Source: Octopus sinensis
Taxonomy: Eukaryota
DNA length: 45,694 nt
Reading direction: 5' to 3'
Assembly (NCBI RefSeq): GCF_006345805.1
Contig: NW_021835327.1
Coordinates: 1-45,694 of the forward strand
Part shown: piece by piece, positions 11,690-25,133 of the stretch
Layout of the letters: each line of letters begins with the position of its first letter
Position numbering within the stretch: position 1 is the stretch's first letter
Program-made: the position numbers and the translations under genes
The notes under the pieces: model-generated
The model's input: the letters and a program-made list of their open reading frames with translations, nothing else
Told to the model about the DNA's origin: nothing
Database searches by the model: none

Positions 11690-11790
11690 TCACCACTACT
11701 ACCATTACCACCACCACCACCACCACCACCACCACCACCACCACCACCACCGCCACCACTGCCATCACCACCAAAACCACCGCCACCACC
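11690..11790. repeat. (ACC)n trinucleotide tract
   Basis: Directly visible; source of the poly-G/T/V ORFs at 11632-11922. Confidence 0.95.
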
Positions 11791-12083
11791 ACTGCCACTA
11801 TTATTTCCTGTAATCCTATAAACATCTGTACGCATATTTCTTTGAATATATATATATATATATATATAATACATATATGTATGTGTGTGTGTGTGTGTAT
11901 ACACACACATATATTTTAGCACAAGAGATTGATAGAATAAGTTCTACACATAAAGGAACATAAGTACTGGCCATGATTTGCTCGACTAAACCTGTCAAGA
12001 TGGTGCTCCAGCATGGCTCCTATCCAATGAGTGAAACGTAAAATATAAAATATACAGGAGAAATCCCGTGACGCATATATCCA

Positions 12084-12220
12084 ACTGGCAATCCGTCGGT
12101 GGTGACGACGGGGATAGCAGTTGATCGGATCAACGGAAAAGCCAGCTCATGTAATTAGCGTGAAAGTGGTTATGTACTTCACAGACACTCGTACTCAACG
12201 TAGTTTCCGGGGAAGTTCTG
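12084..12220 (-). mobile_element. SINE family C, 3' part fused to a family B copy
   Basis: Matches 39388-39520; abuts the B tail at 12221. Confidence 0.75.
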
Positions 12221-12433
12221 CAAGGCTAAACACAGAGGGGACAAACAAGGACAGACGAACGGATTAAATCGATTACATCGACCCCAGTGCGTAACTGATA
12301 CTTATTTAATCCACCCCGAAAGGATGAAAGGCAAAGTTGACCTCGGCAGAATTTGAACTCAGAACGTAACGACAGACGAAATACGACTACGCATTTCGCC
12401 CGGCGTGCTAACGTTTCTGCCAGCTCACCGCCT
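12221..12433 (-). mobile_element. SINE family B (B1 tail), young copy
   Basis: Close reverse complement of 10963-11193. Confidence 0.92.
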
Positions 12434-12836
12434 TCAAAAGACGGACGACATGATGTGTACCTGTATACATGAACATATATGTCGTTCGTGTGAGCAAATT
12501 TGGCCGCTGCACACGTGATTCTGTATAGTACACTGCTGGCTTATATATTATTTATATTATTTACTCTGTGTACTTATCAGTGTGAATGAAAATTTATGTA
12601 CTTTCATAAACAAAAAGACTAGCATTTCAGTTGACGCAATCGCATATCTTAGGTATGTACGTTTATATACGTGTGTGTGTGCGTGCGTGTTTGTGTGTGT
12701 CTGTGTGTGTGTGCATATTTATAAACATATACATATATCTATGCATGTATGTATGTGTGTGTGTGTGTGTGTGTGTGTATATACACACACATATATGTAT
12801 TTATTTGTCTATATGCAAGGAAAGATATATATATAT

Positions 12837-12877
<41 letters not shown>

Positions 12878-12991
12878 GACAAACAGATAGACAGGCAGAT
12901 AGGCCACAGAAGTTTTATACGTACATATGCTTATATACAGTCGCACGTACGCATATGTATGCATATATACACACAGAGACTTATAAATAAA

Positions 12992-13033
<42 letters not shown>

Positions 13034-13891
13034 ATATATATAGAGAGAGAGAGATAGATAGATAGATAGATAGATATATAGTGTATGTGTGTATGTGTAT
13101 GCGTATATATGTGTGTATACATGTGCGGTTGTTACAGTATGTGTGTGTGTGTGTGCATGCGAACTGAAAGAATACAATTGATTGACAGTTATCTTTGAGT
13201 CTCAATAATCTCCTCTTTTTTTCCTATTTTAATCAGATTTATAATCCATCTTCAGAAACATGGAAAATAGATTATCCACGGATTGAACAGGAGAAAATTA
13301 CAAACACAAGACACCCGTGTTTGCTTTTTATTATAGACAATCATCATCATCATAGTCATCATCGTCATCATAGTCATCATCATAATCATCATCAACACCA
13401 TCCTTTCTCCTTCACTTCCTCCCCCTCATCATCATCATTATTATCACCATCATCACCACCATTGTCATCATCATCATCATCGACGTCATTAACATCGTCA
13501 CCGTCGCCATCCCCCTCGTTATCATTGCCACAATTCCTCTCCTACTCTTCTTTGTCATCGTTTTCGCCGCTTCCCCTCCTCACCGTCACCCCTCCTTTCC
13601 ACATCTGTATTCCATTCTTCTTCTTCTTCTTCTTCATCATCATCATTATTATTTTTACTACTACTACTACTACTACTACTACTATTATCATTATTATTTT
13701 TTATTGTCTCTAAAGTAGGTGAGACAATGAAATTTACTCGAGTGTTTAGTTCGGTGCACTTTTCTCTTTCTTTATAATTTCGATTATTTATTATTTTTTT
13801 TTAATTTGCAAAAAAATGTCGCTCGATATCAGGATACATACATCTCTCTCTCCTTTCACTCAGTCTCTCTCTCTTCTTCTTTCGCTATATA

Positions 13892-13932
<41 letters not shown>

Positions 13933-13980
13933 ATATATATTTCTTTATTCGTTTTATTATTCAAATAATAACGAATAAAG

Positions 13981-14023
<43 letters not shown>

Positions 14024-14230
14024 TCAGTTGTGCACACGAGCTTCTAGCAGTTTCTAGCTGTGAAGTCATGTGTCTAGGTAGATTTTTTACACACACATAC
14101 ACACACACATATTACATCAATTCTATGGCTACCATTATTGAAATTGCACGCTCAGCCTTTATCTACCAAGACTCTTTACCGTACACGCCATCCAAAGGTC
14201 TACCCGATTCGGACTGAACGAGGACCAAGC

Positions 14231-14296
<66 letters not shown>

Positions 14297-14351
14297 ATAA
14301 TTATTTTATAAGCTCCCGATTCTGTGTCCCCTATACTTGAAGTCTTATTGT

Positions 14352-14571
14352 TTCCGTGTTCAGTCCGACTGTGTTGGCACCTACGGCTGGTGTCCTCTAC
14401 TCTAAGCCTTGGGCTGACCAAAACCTTGTGTGTGCATTTGGTAGACGGAAACTGAAAGAAGCTCGTCGTATGTATATATATATATATATATCATATATAT
14501 ATATATATATATATATACATATTACATGTATATGTATAATATATATTATATATAATGTATATTTATATATG

Positions 14572-14606
<35 letters not shown>

Positions 14607-14864
14607 ATAATCTATATATACATATATGGTATGTGTGTATGTATATTTATATGTGTTTTTGTGTTTGTTTGTCCCCCCCCCCATCGCTTGACGACCGATA
14701 TTGGTGTGTATACGCCCCTGTAACTTAGTGGTTCAGCAAAGAGACCGATAGAAAAAGTATTCGTCTTACAAAGTATAAATCCTGGGTTGATTTGTTTGAC
14801 TGAAAACTTTTAAGGCGGTGCTCCAGCATGGTCACAGTCAAATGACTGAAACATGTAAAAGAAT
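14352..14864 (+). mobile_element. SINE family A with expanded internal microsatellite
   Basis: 5' and 3' halves separated by about 190 bp of TA-rich repeat. Confidence 0.85.
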
Positions 14865-14999
14865 GCTGTTGTTGTTGTTGTTGTTGCTTGTAGAATTGAT
14901 GTTATTGATTTTGTTGTTATTGTTGTTGTGGGTGGTGGTGGTGGTGGTTTTGATGGTGATGGCTGTGATATTGTTGTTGTTATTAACGTTTTGGCTAAA

Positions 15000-15667
15000 G
15001 GCGGCGAACTGGCAGAACTGTTAGCGCTGTGAGCGAATTGCTTAATGGCACTTCATCCGCCTTTACGTCCTGAGTTCAAATTCCGCCGAGGTCGACTTTC
15101 TTTTACATCCTTTCGGGAGTCGATAAAATAAGTACCAGTTGAGTATTGGGGGTCGATATAACTGAATAGTCCCCAACTCCGAACTTGCTGGCCTTGTGCT
15201 AAAAACAGAAACCAATATTGCGGTGCGCTGGCTGAATGGATAACGTGCCAGGCAAAGGCTTAGCGGCATTTCGTTCGTCTTTAAGACTGAGTTCGAAATC
15301 CCACGGAGATCGACGTTGCCCTTCATCCTTTCGGATTCGATGAAATAAGTACCAGTTGATTAATGGGGGTCGATGTAATCAACTTAACCCCTTCCAACGA
15401 GCTTGCTGGCCTTGTGGCAAAATTTGAAACCAATATCTGTCTGCACAATAAAGCGGTGAGCTGGCAGAATCTTTAGCATGCCGGGCAAAATATTCAGTGC
15501 CGTTTTGTTTGTCTTCATGTTTTGAGTTCAAATTCTGCTGAGGTCAACTTCACCTTTCATCCTTCTGGAGTCGATGAAATAAGTACCAATTAAGTATTGG
15601 GAGTCGTCGATGGAATTGACTTATCTGCTCCACCGAATTTGCTGGCCTTGTGCCAAAATTTGAAACC
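15000..15667 (+). mobile_element. Three head-to-tail SINE family B (B2 tail) copies
   Basis: Units at about 15000-15219, 15220-15436 and 15453-15667, each ending gctggccttgtg..aaa....gaaacc. Confidence 0.88.
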
Positions 15668-15806
15668 TCTGCTACAGTTGTTTTTATTTTTGTTGTTGCT
15701 GTTATTCTCGTTGTTGTTGTTGTTGGTGGTGGTGGTAGTTGTGGTGTTGGTGTTTTTGCTATTGTTGTTGTTATCATTGTTGTTATTTTTGCTGTTATTA
15801 TTGTTG

Positions 15807-16168
15807 TTACATCTGCCGTAGCGAAGGCGGAAGTATTGTTTTCTGTGAGGTTTGTTTGCCTGTGGACAAGATATCTCAAGAACCGCGAGATGGATTCGGA
15901 TGAAACTTTCAGGGATGTTTGGCCTCGTGACTTGCACGAACTGATTAAATTTTGGGATCAATCCATTTCCGGACAAGGATTCTGGATTATTTTCCCTTTT
16001 TTTTTATACTTAATTTTTGAGAGCAGTCGGGTTCATTTTTAGTATTCTCGTTTGTGGGAAGAGTCGAGTTTATTTCAGATGTTCTCATTTTAAAAATCCT
16101 CTCTGGCTAATCGTTGAGAGGACGTTGGTGTTGCCTTGGCAGAGGTTTACGCTCTCTCTGAGTGTTCT
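15807..16168 (+). mobile_element. Non-autonomous Helentron-type element (HINE/DINE-1-like)
   Basis: 5' subterminal repeat TTACATCTGCC (15807-15817) with inverted partner GGCGGAAGTA (15826-15835); gtttgtttgcctgt tract; 3' subterminal repeat GGCAGAGGTT (16138-16147); 3' hairpin CGCTC-TCTCT-GAGTG (16150-16164); T-rich flanks with no clear TSD. Confidence 0.7.
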
Positions 16169-16599
16169 TATTATTCTTGTTTTGTTGTTGTTCTGTTGCT
16201 ATTGTTGTTGCTGGCACTGTTATTGTTATTGTTGTTGTCAAGTTGACAGACCTACGACCAGAGGTGTCCCAGCCGGGACCATCATGCCATTTGTCCTACG
16301 TTGAAGAACTGAAGACCACATCATCGTCACACAACGAGTTCTTCTCTGTTACGGTCTCCACGATTTCACAGCTATGACATCAAACTTGAATATGTCCTCC
16401 TCGCCCACTACATGCGTCTGCCAGACAAAGTGCGAAACACTGGCAACCGAAACTGCAAGTGCTTTACACAGAATAAAGAAAGTAAGAATGTCAGAGATTT
16501 TGGCTCGCGCGTGCACACTCACATAAACAAACAAACACACAAACACATTCACACCTACAAACACGCAGGCATTTATTTACGTATGTATGCATGTATATA

Positions 16600-16648
16600 T
16601 GTATCTGCCTCTCTCTCTCTCTCCTTCTCACTCTATCTATCTATCTAC

Positions 16649-16691
<43 letters not shown>

Positions 16692-16717
16692 GCTATCTAT
16701 CTATCTATCTTCTTCGT

Positions 16718-16755
<38 letters not shown>

Positions 16756-17004
16756 TATATATACAGAGAGAGAGAGAGACAGAGAGAGAGACAGAGAGAC
16801 AGAGAGACAGAGACAGAGAGAACTATATAGACAAGCAATATCAAGTATACATAAATATATATATATATAAATGTATGTGTGCATATATATATATAGATAT
16901 ATAGATAGATAGAAAGAGAGAAGAGAGAGAGAGAGAGAGAGAGATACATACATACATATATACAACAAATACATCACTATATGTTGTATATATAGATATA
17001 CATA

Positions 17005-17046
<42 letters not shown>

Positions 17047-17090
17047 TATATATGTGCTTAATAAATATATACACATATGTGTGTGTGTAG
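16600..17090. repeat. Compound (CT)/(ATCT)/(TA)/(GA)/(GACA) microsatellite field
   Basis: Directly visible. Confidence 0.93.
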
Positions 17091-17500
17091 AGCGAGGGGA
17101 AGAGAGAGCCTATATACATACACATTTACATACATGAGTACATGTGTGTTCATGCGTGTTTATGGGTGCGTGTGTGTGTATAAGTATATATAAATACGCA
17201 CATACACACATAGATATTTATACTTAGATGTATGTATATCGGTTTTCAAGGTTCATGCACTCAAAGTAATTTTTCCAATGATTTTGGTGTGGATGGGTGT
17301 GGAAGTGCAGAAAAAACACCTGTTTTTTCTTCCAACTTACTCTAATTATAAATTGATTATTGGACGCATATTTGGTATGTGTGTATATGTGGGTAAAAAA
17401 ACACACACACACATATCTGTGTGTGTGTGTGCATGTGTGCATGCGTATATATATTTTATATTATATATATATGTGTGTGTTTGTGTGTGCGTATATGTCC

Positions 17501-17533
<33 letters not shown>

Positions 17534-18094
17534 ATACCAATTATATATATATATATTATATTATATTTACATATGTACATATATCTATAGTTATAGGTGT
17601 CTATCTATCTCTATCCACATATATTTATATCTATAGCTATCTATCTTTCCTTCTTTCTTTCTCTTTCTCTCTCTCTATCTCCCTCTCTCTCTCTCTCTCT
17701 CTCTCTCCTCTCTATCTAGATGTTTGTGTGTGTATGTATATACATATATGTGTATATATATATAGACACATATGTATGTTTATGTGTGCATGTACGTGCA
17801 TGCGTATGTGACCGGGGTTGCATACGTATGCTCGTATGCATGGATGTGTGTATGTATTTATATATGATGTGGATCTTTAATTCAAAAATTACAAGTATTA
17901 TTCTACATTATATATATGTATATATATCTTACATATTCTTCCCAACACATTTCTTTCTGTCCTCATTAGTGATAGTCACTCAGTATACACAACGGTGACA
18001 TTTATTCAAGAAAACTACCCTGAACCAACGCTAGAGCCTGCCTGTGATAGCCAGTCTTTGCTAGAAATAGTAGCAAAATCATTTTTAACATACC

Positions 18095-18505
18095 ACGGCG
18101 TGGCTTTTGGGCAAGAAGTTTCGTTTCGAACCACATGATTCGTGGCTCAATCCTATTGCGTGGCACCTTGGGCAAGTGTCTTCTACTATAGTCTCGGGTC
18201 AAGCAAAGCGCTGTGGGTGGATTTGGTAGGTGGAAACTGAAAGAAGCCTGTCGTATGAGCATGTGTGTGAGAGTGCGTGTCTGTTTATCTCCCAACACAG
18301 TTTGTCCCCCAACACCATTTGTCCCCCACCACCGGTGTTGGTGTGTTTATGTCCCCGTAATTTAGCGGTCTGGCACAAGGGACCAATAGAATAAGTTCCA
18401 GGCTTAAAAATTTAAGTACTAGGGTCAATTCATTTGACTAAAAATTCTTCAAAGTAGTGCCCCAGCATGGCCGCAGTCTAATGACTGAAATAAGTGAACG
18501 ATAAA
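18095..18505 (+). mobile_element. SINE family A, full-length decayed copy
   Basis: Head, gcaccttgggcaagtgtcttctactatag and 3' cccagcatggccgcagtctaatgactgaaa. Confidence 0.85.
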
Positions 18506-18762
18506 CGGTAACACACTTTTATAAATTATTAAGGGTGCAATCGATAAAGTACTTACCGATAATGATATACTCAACGTCAGGTTGGAGATGGGATGGATGG
18601 CTTCCCTGTGCAAATACTGAGAAGTTTGTCCATAGCCAGCTGGAGGAGGTGTCTTCCTGGGGCTACAAGCTGCAGTAGCATCTACTCTTAAAGGTTAGCC
18701 ACATTTAAGTGGCAAATATACTTCACAATGTCGTGCAGCTACTGTTTATACCTTGCTCAGAG

Positions 18763-18796
<34 letters not shown>

Positions 18797-18829
18797 GCAT
18801 ATCTATATATATATATATATATATCAATG

Positions 18830-19050
18830 TTTGCGTGTCTTTGTGTCTGTGCTTGTTCCCCACCACCACTTGACCGGTGTGAGTCTGTTTGCGTCCCCGC
18901 ATCCTGCAGTTTGACAGAAGAAGCCGATACAATAAGTACCAAGATTAGAAAAAGAATAGAAACTAGGGCTTGATATGTTCGACTAAAATTATTAAAGAAA
19001 ATGCCCCAGCAAGGTCGCAGTCTAATGAGTGAAACAATTCGAAGATAAAA
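18830..19050 (+). mobile_element. SINE family A, 3' half
   Basis: ccaccacttgaccggtgtg ... gccccagcaaggtcgcagtctaatgagtgaaaca. Confidence 0.75.
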
Positions 19051-19147
19051 AAAACATATATATGCATATGTGCGCATACACACGCACACATGCATAAATG
19101 CACACAATTATGTACATATGCACACATACATATACATAGACGATCTG

Positions 19148-19207
<60 letters not shown>

Positions 19208-20359
19208 ACTAACCAACTAAGCAACCAGCTAGCGATTTATCTTCTTATTTCACTATCCATAACATATCTATAACCAGAAATGACAGACGAAAGTAGCATT
19301 CATTGTTTAGGTCATTCAGTTTTTTCTTAACCGATCACTGGGCCAACTCTGTAAATCTGCCATTATTTAACGAACCTATAATGAGAACTGGAAACAGCTG
19401 TCAGTCAACTTTACTACAATAAAGGAAAATATGTAATGACTATTATTTATACCTTGTCTTATATATATACATATATGCATATAAGTGCACATATATCTAC
19501 ATCTATATCTGTATATACATACATATATATACATACATACATACATACATACATACATACATACATACATACATACATACATACATTCATACATTCATAC
19601 ATACATACATGTATTCATACATACATGCAGACATGTATACGTAAACGCATGTATATCATATTACATGTACGTCTGTGCATTTATATTGACTATTTACATG
19701 CATGTATGTACATATATGTTAGTGTTAGAGCATGCTTATAATCTGTGTGTGTGTTTGCATACATGCATACACACACACACACACACACACGCGCACACAC
19801 ATGTGCGTAACGTATGTTTACTAGCCAGTAGAGTTAAATCAGAAAGAGAGCAGGAAGCGGGAACAGAGAGGAGGGAAAATGCCTGTGAGAAAGAGCGAAA
19901 GAAAGAGCGAAAGAAAGAATGAAACTAGCTTCTACTGACTGCGAGAATCAATGTTTAAGCGTACATGTTACGGACATGATACCGTCGTCTGCCAGAAGGA
20001 ATGCGAGCGCCATGTGATAGATATTAACGTTAATTTGATTAAAAAAATCAACAGCCACTCACCAATAGCTAATCAAATGATTTCAAAATCGATTCCTTCT
20101 TTCTTTTCCTTTTTTTTTTTTTATTCAATTCGTTTTTGTGTTCAGCGAATTTTTTTCCTCCACGTTACTCTACAAGTAACAAAAATAAATCAGAGAAACG
20201 CATGAAAACACATCCATTGAAAAATATGTAATGCCTTTGTTGTTTTTATTGAGGTTGGTATTTCTGTGCCGTGTTGGATGAATATACATAAGCTTTAATA
20301 TACTTTTGTTGGCCTCGTGTATGTAAGGTGTTTATAAATGTATGCGTGTATATACGTAT

Positions 20360-20404
<45 letters not shown>

Positions 20405-20804
20405 AAGGTTGTATGTGTATATGTCTGTAAGCTAATGGACGCTGTTACATTGGATCACTTTTACGAGTGAATGGGTATGAGTGCATGTAAACATACAAAC
20501 ACACATACACACACATACACACACTCACACATATACTGCTCACGTAAACACAGACATTTGTGTTGTTGTTTAATCCCAGGTCAGCTCTAAGTAAACAGTT
20601 TATGATCAAAGGCGTTCCACTAGTGTTCATCCTGTCAGTTTATTTTCTCGGGACATTTTGTATCATGGACTACATTTTCCAACTTTCTCCTTTGTTTTAA
20701 AGATGGTAAAGTATATAAATTCGAGTGAGATTTGACTTATGAAAGCATTTAGTATACCTTATAGTGTGCTGTGTTTGCATAACGAAGTGCCACGTACCTA
20801 CAAA

Positions 20805-20956
20805 TCTTTAAGAAGGAGCAACAACGCACTCATTACCCGATTTTGTCTTTGATTACATTGTCTGTTTACATCTGACGTCTCGATACGAAACGCTGTAGCA
20901 AAAATCAGTGCTGGATATAATGTGGATTGAATATCTGTAGAAATAACCTTAACAAA
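20805..20956 (+). mobile_element. Older copy of the repeat that carries HHR5
   Basis: 20833-20909 aligns by eye with the reverse complement of 45202-45281, and 20931-20956 with 45170-45194; the hammerhead part is mostly lost. Confidence 0.75.
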
Positions 20957-22734
20957 ATATTGTTATTGTCTTTTGCCGGTTTTTAATCCCCAATTCAGCC
21001 GACTGACGAGACCAATGATCAAGGTGCAGACTCGGTTGCAGTGGCCTACTGTCCGACGCATTCCCCAAACTTGACGACATCAGAAACAAAAACAAATATC
21101 TTCTACGTTGATCTCAGTTTGACGAACGCCTAATGAGCGAAATTCATTTGAAAAAAAAACAAAAAACAAACAATCATTGTGAAAAGCTGTTGGAGAGGCT
21201 GTTTCTGTTCTTGACACAGATTTAATCCTATATCCTAGGTTAACACCAACCCCTGATCCAAGAATGCCTTAGTGAGAAGCAGAGCACTACCTTTCCTCCC
21301 GTGATTAAGTGTCTAAAAAACCAAAATCTGTGTCCTTTCTTTTTATATATAAGATTACATTGTCCAATGCGCCCTTCTTTTCTTAAGACAGTGTGGTATA
21401 GTTTGATAAATATAATAGCTAAATAGCTGCTATGTCTAGCAGGCCTGGCCACGACGTAAGTCTTTGTCATTTGTTTTTATATAATGGTTTGTTTTCGTTG
21501 GCAAAAATCCAAACTTTATTTTATAAGAATGACGAGCATAATGGATTTTACTACTCAAATATACACCAATACATTTTCTAACATTATGTATGCAGTTTGT
21601 AGGTGATGGAGAGTAAACTTTGCTTTAGTGTGTGTGTGGGGTGGATTTGAGCATAAACCTAAAAATAATAGATTTAAATAATGTAAGGCATAATATTGTA
21701 TATGCCAGACTCCCTGCACTTCATAATGCAAATACTATTTATTACTTCTTATTTGGGCACAAGACCATAAAATTTTGGTCCCTGGCCAACTCCCTCGAGG
21801 GGTGCTGCATATGGATGGAAACTCCTGACGTCCTTCAACTTCAGTTGGACGCAGAAAGTGATCGAAGAGTAATTGGTCAACGAGGATTTCCTTCAGATAA
21901 TTAGTAAGAAGATGGTTGAATTGTCTGAGGTACTTGTATATAGATCTCACTTTAGCCAAATTATCACCTAAGAATGGCTATGTAGTTGGAAAACTGGCAG
22001 AGTCTCAAAAACCAACTAACTGCCTAGGTATTGAACCCGAATCATTAAATTCGGACGGAAAGCATGTGTAAACCCCATAACAGGATTTTATCAGGAAATT
22101 ATGACATCGGCAAACAGCTGACCATTTAAGTCTTGGTGGTTAAATTAAAAACTTGTTTTAATCTGTAAATGGGCTGACTGACGAAAATACAATAGAGTCA
22201 GCAGATGCCTAATTCATTAGAATGCCGGTTGCAATATCCTTAACGATTTTGTCTTCGGCACAGCCATAGCCAGGACACAGATGTAGTCAACTTGCTGAAT
22301 TTACACCACAATCATAGCAGCGAATTTCGATAAGTTTAACAACCCACTATCATTGCTGACATATGCATCTCTCACGAAAACGAACGAACTTATCTACTTG
22401 GTGTAGACTGTCATAACTGATACATAGGACAAGGAACCGTGGACACTGCACCAAAATAATGGTCAAAATTCTGAAGGACAGTGAATAAAAAAAGCTGATG
22501 AACTTATGGCACAGGAAATAAACAGGGATATATCTGCGACGTGTCCTGTTGTGCTGGATGCATGTACCTGTAGTCCGGTGATGATGTTTATGATGATGAT
22601 ATTCATTTCGCTATTACCTCTAACTTATTTCATTCACCGGACTGCAGCTGAGTTTGGAAACCACCTTAAAGGGTTTAATGGAACATATTCACCGCAGTAT
22701 TTTATTTAATCTGGTATTTATATCATCGGTTAAT

Positions 22735-22995
22735 TTTGCCGAACCGCTATGTTAAGAAGAAATAAACAAACCAACATCAAGTGTCAAGCGACGTGGGAGA
22801 CAAATACAAACACACACACACACACACACATACATATGAAATAGGCTTCCACACAGTTTCCGTCTACGAAATTCACTCACAGGACATTGGTTAACCCAGG
22901 ACTATAATGAAAGACACTTACCCAAGTTGCCACGCTGAGGGACTGAACCCGAAACTAAGTGGTTGCTAAGCAAGCTCTTTAACCACTCAGCCGTA
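22735..22995 (-). mobile_element. SINE family A, 5' two-thirds
   Basis: cagtttccgtctacgaaattcactcac ... gggactgaacccgaaac ... taaccactcagcc. Confidence 0.8.
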
Positions 22996-23009
22996 CGTGC
23001 GTCTCTAGT

Positions 23010-24050
23010 AATGGTAATACCATATTCATTTAAATCGACGCCAGAAGGTTTAAAGCAAAGTAGACATCGATTGGGATTTGAACTCAAAATGTAAAGTACC
23101 AGGACAAATACTGTATAAGACATTTTGTCTGACTCTCTAACGGTTCTGCCAACAAACCGCCGAAATGCAAACAACAACAATTGCTGCTTCTAATTTTGGC
23201 AAACGCCAGCAATTTTCAGGTACTCGAGTACTCGAGTACTGGATGTACTTTATTTTATAGACTCCAGAGGAATATAAGGCAAAGTTAAAATTGATTTGAA
23301 CTCAGAATTTAAAGAGCTGGTAAATTACCACATTTCTGCAGACACAACTCAGCCAAATCACAGTTCTTGTAATAATTTTCCTAATTTTTGTACAAGGCCA
23401 GCGATCTTGAGGGTAGGGGGAAGATTAATTCGACCCCAGTGCTAAACTGGTAGTTATTTTTATCGACCCCGAAAGGATGGAAGACGAAGTCGACCTTGGT
23501 GGAATTTGAACTCACACCGTTGAAGTAATATTGTTCACAAGGCTATATTAGTGGCACAGATAGTGTGTGCCGCCTGCGGTTGTACTTCAGTTTACCATTT
23601 GTTTGCCGCTCCATCCCTGTACTTCCATAAAAATACAACATTGGTTCCAAACTTTTGACATAAGACCAGCTATTTCGGTGAAGGGGGAGATTAAGTCGAT
23701 TATATCGACCACAGTACTCAACTAGTACTTACTTTATCGACCTCCTAGTGGATTAAAAGATAAAGTCGATTTCGGCGGAATTTGAACACAAAACGCAACA
23801 TACTGCACTGATAAAGAGTCGACCGGGATGGACTGATTATCCCTCCCCACTAGCTAAGTTACTGGGCCAGATTTTATTGTACAGCAGCTTGTCGATTACA
23901 CGGTCTCTTGAATTTCGTTTGTACTTTATTTTATCAGTCTCAGAAAGATGAAAGGCAAAGTTGATGTGGGTGAATTTGAAATCAGAAATTAAAGTGTTGG
24001 AACACATACCGCAGTATTATTTCTCCAATATTCTACTGATTTTGCCATTT
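23010..24050 (-). mobile_element. Cluster of about five decayed SINE family B copies, same orientation
   Basis: Recurrent gtcgac...ggcggaatttgaac and ttttatcgacc motifs near 23060, 23290, 23490, 23770 and 23960. Confidence 0.75.
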
Positions 24051-24056
24051 AGTGTC

Positions 24057-24136
<80 letters not shown>

Positions 24137-24230
24137 ATTCATATATATGTTTATATATATGTATATATGAGTGTATATATATGTATATATATATATATAC
24201 ACGCTGCCACCATTTTATATTTTTAATTTT

Positions 24231-24441
24231 GTGCTGGCAGAAACGTTAGCATACCGGGCGAAATGCTTAGCGGTATTTCGTCCGTCTTTATGCTCTGAGT
24301 TCAAATCCCGCTGAGGTCGACTTTGCCTTTCATCCTTTTGAGATGGATAAAATAAATACCATTTGAGCACTGGGATGGATCTAATCGGTTTAATCTTTCC
24401 TCGGAACTTGCTGGCTTTGCACCAAAATTTAAATCCAATAT
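24231..24441 (+). mobile_element. SINE family B (B2 tail)
   Basis: ctggcagaaacgttagcataccgggcgaaatgcttagcgg ... gctggctttgcaccaaaatttaaatccaatatt. Confidence 0.9.
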
Positions 24442-25101
24442 TCACTGCAACTTATAAGGATCCAAACCTTTTACTGCATGAATTATGGCGTCTATCGCCC
24501 TTAATATTTATATATCTAATTTCGAATTCTGATAATTAGAAACAAGACTAATTTTGACATGGGATGCATCATAGAGATCGTGTCAACACCAGAATATCCA
24601 CAATGCCACAGACAGTCCAACCTTTCATTCTCCGATCCAAGAGCTGTAAAATCGGTCCTCTGGGAGGAAGGCTTTACAATTCCCCCGTTGCAGCAGAACG
24701 GTGAAATGACAGAAGGAAGCGATTACAATCGATTGTTTTGTAAGGCACAAAGCCAGAATACATGGAAGGAATAGATGTTATAGTAAACTGGGTCGACCTT
24801 CAGCATGGCTTAATATCGGATCGACTTTATACTTCAGAATGTGTACGTGTGTGTGTGTGTGTGTATGTGCGTGTATGTGCGTGTATGTGCACACGTGTGT
24901 GCGTGTGAGTGTGTGCGCACGAGTGTTCATGCATGTGTATATATATACATACATATATGCAGATACATGTTTGTGTGTGTGTGTGCGTGCGTGCGCGTTA
25001 TGACTAACCAGCAGAGGGTACAGTTTCGTACATTGGTATTTATTAGTTTAAGTGTCAATGTACGAAACACTCGACTCTTTAGTCACTATCCATATTACAT
25101 C

Positions 25102-25133
<32 letters not shown>

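Noticed and set aside
13237-13318. Possible exon IYNPSSETWKIDYPRIEQ after a good acceptor, superficially Kelch-like
   Set aside because: No convincing donor; the frame runs into trinucleotide microsatellite.
16350-16482. Relatively GC-balanced stretch with acceptor-like and donor-like ends
   Set aside because: Two frames open, no homology recognised, and adjacent to a repeat fragment; cannot be supported.
18558-18670. Minus-strand segment with a perfect gtaagta donor and two open frames
   Set aside because: No recognisable product; may be a fragment of an unannotated repeat.
20025-20095. Homeodomain-like sites (TAATTTGATTA, TAATCAAAT, AATCGATT) and CCAAT
   Set aside because: Such AT-rich motifs are expected by chance in this composition; conservation data would be needed.
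22494-22540. CTGATGA...GAAA motif
   Set aside because: Only a 2-bp stem II and no stem I pairing.
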